In this document: in pieces, positions 37,388-45,121 of the stretch
Layout: every line of letters begins with the position of its first letter
How positions within the stretch are numbered: position 1 is the stretch's first letter
NCBI GenBank assembly: GCA_028873095.1
Contig: JAGWMU010000001.1
Span: 1-53,529, forward strand
DNA: 53,529 nucleotides
Reading direction: 5' to 3'
Origin: Pseudomonadota bacterium
Lineage (GTDB): Bacteria; Pseudomonadota; Gammaproteobacteria; Xanthomonadales; Rhodanobacteraceae
The notes under the pieces: model-generated
The model's database searches: none
The model's input: the letters and a program-made list of their open reading frames with translations, nothing else
What the model was told of the DNA's origin: nothing
Program-made: the position numbers and the translations under genes

Positions 37388-38611
37388 ATGTTCAGCCACC
37401 TGCCAGCCACTCCGGACGATCCCATCCTGGGCCTGATGGCGCAGTTCAGGAACGATCCGCGCGCCAGCAAGATCGACCTCGGCGTCGGCGTGTATCGCGA
37501 CGAAGCCGGCCGCACGCCGATCCTGGACTGTGTGCGCGAGGCCGAGCGGCTGCGCCTGGCCGAGGAGGACAGCAAGTCCTATCAGGGCATGGCCGGCGAC
37601 CCCGCCTTTACCGCGGCGATCGAGGCGCTGGCGCTGGCCGAACATCCGGTACGCCGCGACCAACGCGTGTTCACCGCGCAGACCCCCGGCGGCACCGGCG
37701 CGCTGCGCGTGGCGGCCGAACTGATCCGCCATAGCCGGCCCGATGCCTGCCTGTGGTTGCCCGATGTCAGCTGGGCCAACCACCCCAGCGTGTTTCAGGC
37801 GGCCGGACTGCGCCTGCGCGAATACCCTTACTACGACCCGCACAGCCAGAGCCTGCGGGCCGATGCGCTGCTCGCCGCACTGGCGCAGGTACCGGCCGGC
37901 GATGTGGTGCTGATGCACGCCTGTTGCCACAACCCCAGCGGCGTCGAGATTCCGGACCGGCTGTGGCCGGAGATCGCCGCGCTGGCGCAGCGGCGAGGCT
38001 TCGTTCCGCTGCTGGACATGGCCTACCAGGGCTTCGCCGAAGACCTCGATCGCGATGCCGCCGGCGTGCGCACGCTGGCCGCCGCGGTGCCGGAGATGTT
38101 GCTGTGCACCTCGTGCTCGAAGAACTTCGGCCTGTATCGCGAACGCATCGGTGCGCTGAGCCTGATCGGCGACGGCGCCCGCACGACGGCGGCGGCCGGC
38201 TCGGTCATGCTCGGGCGGATCCGCAACCTCTATTCGATGCCGCCGGCGCACGGCGCGGCCATCGTTGCGCGCATCCTGACCCGGCCCACGCTGACCGCCC
38301 AATGGCGAGACGAGCTGGCCGCCATGCGCGAACGCATCCGCCGCATGCGCGCGCTGGCCGCATCCCGGCTGGCGGCAACCGGCCTGCAACGTGATTTCGG
38401 CTTCATCGAGCGCCAGCGCGGCTTGTTCTCCTTCCTCGGCATCAGCACGGCGCAAGTCGATCGCCTGCGCGACGAATTCGCGATCTATCTGGTCGGCAGC
38501 AGCCGCATGAACCTGGCCGGCCTGAGCGCAGGCAATATCGATTACTTCGCCGACTCCCTGGCCACCGTGCTGCGAGAGCGACCCGGCCCCGCGCCGGTTT
38601 CGGCGCCATGA
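37388..38611 (+). CDS. tyrB: aromatic amino acid / aspartate aminotransferase (class I, TyrB/PhhC-like)
   Basis: DPILGL, KIDLGVGVY, QTPGGTGALR, SWANH, HACCHNPSG, DMAYQGF, SCSKNFGLYRERIG. Confidence 0.85.
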   Translation: MFSHLPATPDDPILGLMAQFRNDPRASKIDLGVGVYRDEAGRTPILDCVREAERLRLAEEDSKSYQGMAGDPAFTAAIEALALAEHPVRRDQRVFTAQTPGGTGALRVAAELIRHSRPDACLWLPDVSWANHPSVFQAAGLRLREYPYYDPHSQSLRADALLAALAQVPAGDVVLMHACCHNPSGVEIPDRLWPEIAALAQRRGFVPLLDMAYQGFAEDLDRDAAGVRTLAAAVPEMLLCTSCSKNFGLYRERIGALSLIGDGARTTAAAGSVMLGRIRNLYSMPPAHGAAIVARILTRPTLTAQWRDELAAMRERIRRMRALAASRLAATGLQRDFGFIERQRGLFSFLGISTAQVDRLRDEFAIYLVGSSRMNLAGLSAGNIDYFADSLATVLRERPGPAPVSAP

Positions 38612-38671
38612 TCGAGACGCCACCTGACGCGGACGCTAAACTGACCCATCCGCAAGCCGAAGGCATCTCGC

Positions 38672-39274
38672 ATGAGCGATCTTCACAATCCCGACGACGT
38701 CACCCAGGAACAGGCCGAAGAGGCGGTGCGGACCTTGCTGCGCTGGTCCGGCGAGGATCCGGCCCGCGAAGGCCTGCTGGACACGCCCAAGCGGGTGGTC
38801 AAGGCCTATCGCGACTGGTTCGGCGGCTATGCGATCGACCCGGGCGACTACCTGCGGCGCACCTTCGAGGAGGTGGCCGGCTACGACGAGATGGTGGTGC
38901 TGCGCGACATCGAGTTCGAGAGCCATTGCGAACACCACATGGCGCCGATCATCGGCCGCGCCCATGTCGGCTACATGCCGACCAACCGCGTGGTCGGGAT
39001 CAGCAAGCTGGCCCGCGTGGTCGATGCGTTCGCGCGGCGCTTCCAGGTGCAGGAGAAACTCACCGCGCAGATCGCCCAGTGCATCCAGGAAGCCCTGCAG
39101 CCGGCCGGCGTGGCGGTGGTGATCGATGCCAGCCACGAATGCATGACCACCCGCGGCGTGCACAAGCGCGGTGTGTCGATGGTCACCAGCCAGATGCTCG
39201 GCGCGTTCCGCGACGACGCCCGCACCCGCATGGAATTCCTGCAGTTCATCGGCATCCACGGCGGCGCTCGCTGA
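38672..39274 (+). CDS. folE: GTP cyclohydrolase I
   Basis: [44 protein letters not shown]. Confidence 0.95.
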   Translation: MSDLHNPDDVTQEQAEEAVRTLLRWSGEDPAREGLLDTPKRVVKAYRDWFGGYAIDPGDYLRRTFEEVAGYDEMVVLRDIEFESHCEHHMAPIIGRAHVGYMPTNRVVGISKLARVVDAFARRFQVQEKLTAQIAQCIQEALQPAGVAVVIDASHECMTTRGVHKRGVSMVTSQMLGAFRDDARTRMEFLQFIGIHGGAR

Positions 39275-39360
39275 GCGCGCACCGGCATGTTCCCGTGCTG
39301 CTCGCGCGGCTGCCGGCGCCACCGGCGCTGAATCCGCCCCCCTATACCTTCGCTGCCCGC

Positions 39361-39437
39361 GTAGGAGCGCACCCTGTGCGCGAATGCTCTTGTCGGAATA
39401 TCCGCAAAAAGCATTCGCGCACAGGGTGCGCTCCTAC
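39361..39437. repeat. single REP doublet (REPIN) between convergent folE and ABC permease
   Basis: 28-bp perfect inverted arms GTAGGAGCGCACCCTGTGCGCGAATGCT...AGCATTCGCGCACAGGGTGCGCTCCTAC; same REP as 2471-2720. Confidence 0.9.
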
Positions 39438-39460
39438 GTGCGGTGCGGATCGGCGGCGGG

Positions 39461-40663
39461 CTACGCCGAAATCGCCAGCCGCTCGGAGCGGTACAGCTGG
39501 ATCGTCGCCAGCACCGCCAGCGCCGCCGCCGCCAGGCTGCCGGCCAGGCACAGGCCGATCGGCTGGGCGCCGAGACCGTCGCCGCGCAGCAAGCGCATGA
39601 TGCCGAGGTTCTGGCCCAGCAGCGGCACCGCGTACATCCATGCCTGCGCCTTGACCGGCAGGATCGCCAGCACCAGGCTGGGGATGATCGGCACCAGCAT
39701 CAGCAGCGAGAGATACGTCTGCGCCTCGCGGTAACTCTTCGCGAACGCCGCCACCATCGACTGCAGGGCGCCCAGCAGCAGCACCAGCGGCAGCATCAGC
39801 AGCAGCACGCAGCTGCCGAAATGCAGGCCCAGGTCCAGTTCCATGCCGATCTTTCCGGCGGGAATGAAGCGGCCGACCACCGCAAACGCCAACAGCGTGA
39901 TCAGCAGGCTGGCGGTGGAAAACGTGCAGATCGCCGCCAGCTTGCCGGCCAGGATTTTCCAGCGCGGCACCGGGTTCGCGAACAGCGGTTCCAGCGATTG
40001 CCGCTCGCGTTCGCCGGCGGTGAGGTCGATCGCCAGGTACATGCCGCCCATGAAGATCGTGATCACGAAGAAGTACGGCAGCATCGCGAACATCAGCACC
40101 GCGCGCGACTGCGGCGTCGCCTGGTCGCGCCGGGCCACGCGCAGCGGCCACGCCGTGTCGGGCGACAGCCCGCGCGCCACCAGCCGCATCGCGCCTTGCT
40201 GGCGGGCGTAGGCCTCGACCAGCCGGCTCACCCGTTCCACCGCCGTGTGCGCATCGCGCTGCGAGGAGTCGTAGATCAGCTCGACCTGCACCGGCTCGCC
40301 CTTGCGCCAGGCCTTGCCGTAACCGGCGGCGATGCGCAGCACCACGTCGGCATCCTGCCGGCGCACGGCCCGTTCCGGATCGGCCACCGGCGCGCCCGGC
40401 ACCACCCCGCCGGCTTCCAGCGCAGCGAGCAGGTTCGGCGCGTACTGCGCGCCGATCACCGGCACCGGCAACGGCTTCTCGGCCTTGTCCAGCTCGCGGT
40501 TGAGGGTGACGTTGAGCAGCAGCACCAGCAGGATCGGCCCCAGCAAGGGACCGGTAAGGAAGGCGCTGGTCAGGGTGCGGCGATCGCGCAGGTTTTCCCT
40601 CACCTCCTTCAGGAACACCGTGAGGAACGCACCGCGCCCGGCTTTCCCGTCCACCGCGCTCAT
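39461..40663 (-). CDS. ABC-2 exporter permease (NatB-like)
   Basis: VFLKEVRENLRDRRT, AIDLTAGERERQSLEPL, ILAGK, AKSYREAQTY. Confidence 0.88.
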   Translation of the reverse strand: MSAVDGKAGRGAFLTVFLKEVRENLRDRRTLTSAFLTGPLLGPILLVLLLNVTLNRELDKAEKPLPVPVIGAQYAPNLLAALEAGGVVPGAPVADPERAVRRQDADVVLRIAAGYGKAWRKGEPVQVELIYDSSQRDAHTAVERVSRLVEAYARQQGAMRLVARGLSPDTAWPLRVARRDQATPQSRAVLMFAMLPYFFVITIFMGGMYLAIDLTAGERERQSLEPLFANPVPRWKILAGKLAAICTFSTASLLITLLAFAVVGRFIPAGKIGMELDLGLHFGSCVLLLMLPLVLLLGALQSMVAAFAKSYREAQTYLSLLMLVPIIPSLVLAILPVKAQAWMYAVPLLGQNLGIMRLLRGDGLGAQPIGLCLAGSLAAAALAVLATIQLYRSERLAISA

Positions 40664-41394
40664 GCCGCCAGGCCCTCGTCGGTGCCGATGATCTTCACGA
40701 ACGCATCCTCCAGATTGTGCTCGCCGGTCGCCTCGCGCAGCGCATCGGGCGATGCGTCGGCCACCACGCGGCCATGCGCGATCACCACGATGCGGTCGCA
40801 CAGCGCCGCGACCTCCTGCATGATGTGGCTGGAAAACAGCACGCAGCGTCCTTCCTCCTTCAGCCGGGCCATGAACTGGCGCAAGGCGCGCGTCGCCATC
40901 ACGTCCAGGCCGTTGGTCGGCTCGTCGAGGATCACATTGCGCGGGTCGTGCACCAGCGCGCGGGCGATCGCGGTCTTCACCCGTTCACCCTGCGAGAAGC
41001 CCTCGGCGCGGCGGTCGGCGATGCCGTGCATCCCCAGCGCCTCGATCAACCCGTCGCGGCGGCTCGCCAGCAACGCCTCGGGCAAGCCATGCAACCGCGC
41101 GAAGTAGTCGATGTTCTCGCCGGCGGTCAGCCGCTTGTACAGTCCGCGCGCATCCGGCAGCACGCCGAGCCGGCGACGCACGGCCAGCGGATCGACCGCC
41201 GCGTCGATGCCGTCCACCCGCACCTGGCCGCGGTCCGGCGCCATCAGCGTGTAAAGCATGCGCAGCGTGGTGGTCTTGCCGGCGCCGTTGGGGCCCAGCA
41301 GGCCGGTGATCTCGCCGTCGCGGGCCGTGAAACTGACGCCGTCGACGGCTTTCACCGTACCGAACGCCTTGTGCAGGTCCTTCACCTCGATCAT
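40660..41394 (-). CDS. ABC exporter ATP-binding protein (NatA-like)
   Basis: GPNGAGKTT, FSQGE, ILDEPTNGLD, SSH. Confidence 0.92.
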   Translation of the reverse strand: MIEVKDLHKAFGTVKAVDGVSFTARDGEITGLLGPNGAGKTTTLRMLYTLMAPDRGQVRVDGIDAAVDPLAVRRRLGVLPDARGLYKRLTAGENIDYFARLHGLPEALLASRRDGLIEALGMHGIADRRAEGFSQGERVKTAIARALVHDPRNVILDEPTNGLDVMATRALRQFMARLKEEGRCVLFSSHIMQEVAALCDRIVVIAHGRVVADASPDALREATGEHNLEDAFVKIIGTDEGLAA

Positions 41395-41405
41395 GGCGCC
41401 GCTCC

Positions 41406-42983
41406 TCAGGGGGTTGAACCGTTGAAGTCGATGAAGATCGGGGTGGGTCGCAGCCGGTCCAGACAGGTCGCGTCCAGCGTCTTCGGGTCGAGGTGCTCGA
41501 CGAAGTGCTGGATCAGCCGTGGCGCGCAGCCGGCGGCCATCACGCTGTGGCCCTGGCCCTTGAGCACCAGTACGCGTGCGTTCGGCAGGCCCTTGGCCAC
41601 TTCCCGCGCATAGCGCGGCGGGGTCACCGGATCGTACTGCCCGGCCAGCAGCAGCACCGGCTTGTCGGTTCGCAGCGGCTGGTGGAAATCCGCCGGACGC
41701 GTGCCCTTCGGCCACACCGAGCAGATCGCCTTGAACGCATCGATCATGTGGGTGCCCAGGATCGTGTCGGCATCCTGCGGCCGGGGGGTGAGCAGATCGG
41801 CATCCTCGCTGCAGATCACCGAGTACTGCATGCCGCTGCCCATCAGGTCGGCCAGATCGCCGGACAGGATCCTGGCCTGCCCCAGCAGCGGACCGACATC
41901 GCCATGCGCCGCCGCGTCGATCGACAGCGGCAGCAGCGCGGCGGTGGCCGGCGTGTAGGCGAACATGCGCACCACGCTGGCCAGCGAGTTCTCGTCCAGC
42001 ACCCGCTTCACCGTCCGGTAGCTCTCCGGGTCGCGGAAACTGACCTGATGGGGGTTGGCGCGCAACGCATCGCGCAGCTGGTACAGGGTCTGATCCGGAT
42101 CGCCGAATCGCCGCCGGCAGGCCGGCTCGGCAGTGCAGCGGGCGAATTGCGCCTTCAACGCATCGTTCAGGTTGCGGGCGAAATCCTCTCCCAGCACCAG
42201 CGGGTTCGGCACCACGCTGTCCAGCACCACGCTGCGCACCGCCTGCGGGTAGCGCATCAGATACTGCTGCGCCATCCGCGTGCCGTACGACACCCCGATC
42301 AGGTCGAACCGGGGGGCGCCGAGCAGCTTGCGTACGTCCTCCAGATCCTGCGTCGCCACGGTGGTGGTGTAGTAGCGCGGGTCGGCATGGCCGCTGACCT
42401 GCCGGAGGCAATCGGCGGCGGCCGCCTTCAGCTTGCCGGCATCGAAGCTGTCCGCATCGCCCGCGCCGGCCGCCTCGCCGGATTCCTTGCAGGCAAGCGC
42501 GTTGGAGCCACCGGTACCGCGTTGATCGAGCAGCAGCACGTCGCGATGCGCGCGCAACGGCTGCAGCACCGCGGCCACCGTGGCGGCCTCATCGGTGGCC
42601 GCCTGGCCGGGGCCGCCGGCGAGAAACACCAGCATGTCCTTGCTCGCCACCTGCGCGCGGGAACGCAGCACCGCCAGCTTCAGGGTGATCTTGCGGCCGT
42701 GCGGATCGGCGCGGTTTTCCGGCACCAGCGGCGAAGCGCACCACGCCGCCGTGCTCAGCCCGCTGTGCGGCTGGGCCAGCTCGCAGGCGGTCAGCGTCAG
42801 CGCGCCCAGCTTCCAGGTCCGCGCCGCAGCCGCCGGCAGCGGCGCGGCGGCGGCGGGCGCGGCGGCCGGCGTCATCGCCGCCGGCGAGGATGCATCCTTC
42901 GCGTGAAAATGGTTCCAGGCCAGCGCCCCCGCCACCACGACAACCGCACCGACACGAGCGATGGTACGTCCCTTCAATGCCAT
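41406..42983 (-). CDS. secreted alpha/beta hydrolase (TAP-like peptidase)
   Basis: N-terminal signal/anchor; AGGPGQAA, DQRGTG, GVSYG nucleophile, DPVTP, GH. Confidence 0.85.
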   Translation of the reverse strand: MALKGRTIARVGAVVVVAGALAWNHFHAKDASSPAAMTPAAAPAAAAPLPAAAARTWKLGALTLTACELAQPHSGLSTAAWCASPLVPENRADPHGRKITLKLAVLRSRAQVASKDMLVFLAGGPGQAATDEAATVAAVLQPLRAHRDVLLLDQRGTGGSNALACKESGEAAGAGDADSFDAGKLKAAAADCLRQVSGHADPRYYTTTVATQDLEDVRKLLGAPRFDLIGVSYGTRMAQQYLMRYPQAVRSVVLDSVVPNPLVLGEDFARNLNDALKAQFARCTAEPACRRRFGDPDQTLYQLRDALRANPHQVSFRDPESYRTVKRVLDENSLASVVRMFAYTPATAALLPLSIDAAAHGDVGPLLGQARILSGDLADLMGSGMQYSVICSEDADLLTPRPQDADTILGTHMIDAFKAICSVWPKGTRPADFHQPLRTDKPVLLLAGQYDPVTPPRYAREVAKGLPNARVLVLKGQGHSVMAAGCAPRLIQHFVEHLDPKTLDATCLDRLRPTPIFIDFNGSTP

Positions 42984-42988
42984 GCCTG

Positions 42989-43186
42989 TCACTCCTGACC
43001 CGGTACGAAAATCGACTCGATCGAACAGCCGAACAGCCGCGCGATCCTGAACGCCAGCGGCAGGCCGGGATCGCACCTGCCGGTCTCGATCGCGTTGACG
43101 GTCTGCCGCGACACCTTCAGCCGCTCGGCCAGATCCGCCTGCGACCAGCCTTGTTCCCTGCGCAATTCACGGACGCGGTTGTTCAT
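42989..43186 (-). CDS. XRE/Cro-family HTH transcriptional regulator
   Basis: MNNRVRELRREQGWSQADLAERLKVSRQTVNAIETG..DP.LPLAFRIARLF. Confidence 0.9.
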   Translation of the reverse strand: MNNRVRELRREQGWSQADLAERLKVSRQTVNAIETGRCDPGLPLAFRIARLFGCSIESIFVPGQE

Positions 43187-43338
43187 GCCATCCGGTTCGA
43201 CGACGCCGGCACCGGCAGCGCCGGCAACAGCGACGACACGACCTTCAGCCGCCCGTCGGCGCATTCGCGGCAGCAGGGAATGCCAGGGGATTGCATGCAA
43301 ACGACCTGCACCAGGTGGATTCTCCTGCCGGCACGCGT

Positions 43339-43403
43339 GTCAAGAAAACTTGACGCATGGCATCGGAGAAAGTACTCGCGCGCATGTCAAGTTTTCTTGA
43401 CAT
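43339..43403. promoter_or_regulatory. two palindromic operator sites upstream of the XRE-hydrolase-ABC operon
   Basis: GTCAAG-AAAA-CTTGAC (43339-43354) and ATGTCAAG-TTTT-CTTGACAT (43384-43403); the 16-bp cores are exact reverse complements. Confidence 0.65.
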
Positions 43404-43738
43404 TTTACCCGGTTTGTTGTGGGAAACGCGCATTCCCGGATAACATCCGCGTGAATTCTGGGTCAAGAACAGTGACGCAGTTCGCAGTTTTGCTGCCATA
43501 ATTTGTCAGGGATGGCCTGTCAGACGCAGTTGCCCGGCCCTTCCAGGCCCGGAAGGTGGCTCATCGAAAACCCGGTGTGCGGCCAATGTAAACGTTACGC
43601 ATGCCCGTTGGCATATGGCTTGCTTATTGGCTCACAGGCAAACCTTCAGCAAGGCAATCGCCAGGGACACACCGCGGATCCACCGGCAGCGCATTGAAAC
43701 CATTCCTTCATTCACCGCAGAAGTTACAGGAAATACGC

Positions 43739-44281
43739 ATGAACAAGATTCTTCTCAGTGCTGCGATCATCGCCAGCCTCGGTATCGCAGCCATCGCTCC
43801 GCAGACCGCACGCGCGGCCGACGGCACCATCACCTTCACCGGCAAGGTGGTTGCAAACACCTGCGTGTTCAGCGTCAACGGCGGCAGCTCAAGCAACACG
43901 GTCGCGTTGCCGGTGGTGTTCACATCGTCGCTGGCAACGGCGGGCGCGACGACCGGAACCACGAACTTCACGATCGGCGTTACCAATTGCGATACCAACC
44001 TGGCCAGCGTGCAGGCGCTTTTCTCGGGCGGCAACATCGACGCCACAACCGGCAACCTGACCAACACCGGCTCCGCGACCAACGTCGAGGTGCAGTTGCT
44101 CAATGGTACCACCCCGATGGCGCTGAACGCGGGCACCGCGTCCGGGCAGAACTCTCCGGTGGGCACCCTTTCCAGTGGCGCCACCACCCTGAACTATGCC
44201 GCACGGTATATCGCCGTGGGCGGAGCCGCCACCTCCGGCCTCGTGAATACCAGCGTGGCATACACGATGACTTATCAGTAA
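43739..44281 (+). CDS. major fimbrial subunit (FimA-like, chaperone-usher)
   Basis: Signal peptide, ADGTITFTGKVVANTC, second Cys, NVEVQL, penultimate Tyr. Confidence 0.9.
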   Translation: MNKILLSAAIIASLGIAAIAPQTARAADGTITFTGKVVANTCVFSVNGGSSSNTVALPVVFTSSLATAGATTGTTNFTIGVTNCDTNLASVQALFSGGNIDATTGNLTNTGSATNVEVQLLNGTTPMALNAGTASGQNSPVGTLSSGATTLNYAARYIAVGGAATSGLVNTSVAYTMTYQ

Positions 44282-44377
44282 TTGCAGATCAGGCACGCTG
44301 CGGCCGGGCGCGATTTTCCGCCGCAGCGTGTTTCAGGCATCAGCTGCAATGCACTGACTTCAAAACGGGATACTTCG

Positions 44378-45121
44378 ATGAAGAGCCTTATCTGCGCATT
44401 TCGCGCAGGTCTGCTGGCGCTGTCCCTGTTTGCCAGTGCCGCGCATGCCAGCGTCGTCATCGGTGGTACCCGCGTGGTGTTCCCGGCGCAGGACGGCGAG
44501 GTGACGGTGCGCCTGAGCAACCAGGGCGACCGGCCCGCGCTGGTCGAAGCCTGGATCGACCACGGCAACCCCCAGTCCACCCCGGACAAGGTCGACGTGC
44601 CGTTCCTGATCACGCCCCCGCTGTTCCGCATGGAGGCGCACAGGGACCAGAGCCTGCGCATCATCGCGACCCAGGCACACCTGCCGGCAGACCGCGAATC
44701 GCTGTTCTGGCTGAATGTGCTGGAGGTGCCGCCCAAGCCGTCCGGCCCGGAAGCAGCGGGAAAGAACCTGCTGCAGTTCGCGATCCGTTCGCGGCTCAAG
44801 CTTTTCTACCGGCCGGATCACCTGCCGGGCGACCCGCTGAAGGCAGCGGCCAAGGTGACCTGGAAAGCCGTCGCCGCCGGCCAGGGTTATGCACTCGAAG
44901 TGCGCAATCCCACGCCGTACTACATCACCTTCGCCCAGTTGTCGCTGGCCTTCGGCGGCAGGAACTACACGGCGAATACCGGCATGGTCGCTCCGCTCGG
45001 CACCCTGCGCCTGCCCGTGAAGGGATTGCTCAAGGCTCCGCCGGCCGGCACGCCGGTCGCGTACGGCACCATCAATGACTACGGCGCGGTCATCATGAAC
45101 AAGGGCACCTTGACGCCATGA
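44378..45121 (+). CDS. fimbrial periplasmic chaperone (PapD/FimC family)
   Basis: GTRVVFP, FLITPPLFR, DRESLFWLNVLEVPPK, LKLFYRP, NPTPYYIT, INDYG. Confidence 0.93.
   Translation: MKSLICAFRAGLLALSLFASAAHASVVIGGTRVVFPAQDGEVTVRLSNQGDRPALVEAWIDHGNPQSTPDKVDVPFLITPPLFRMEAHRDQSLRIIATQAHLPADRESLFWLNVLEVPPKPSGPEAAGKNLLQFAIRSRLKLFYRPDHLPGDPLKAAAKVTWKAVAAGQGYALEVRNPTPYYITFAQLSLAFGGRNYTANTGMVAPLGTLRLPVKGLLKAPPAGTPVAYGTINDYGAVIMNKGTLTP

Noticed and set aside
5945-39360. Active mobile element (ICE, prophage or transposon)
   Set aside because: No integrase, transposase, relaxase or tRNA anchor is visible.
43633-43680. c-di-GMP-I riboswitch upstream of the fimbrial operon (GGCAAACC...GGGAC)
   Set aside because: No GAAA tetraloop stem or GCAAAG junction; resemblance too weak without a covariance-model search.
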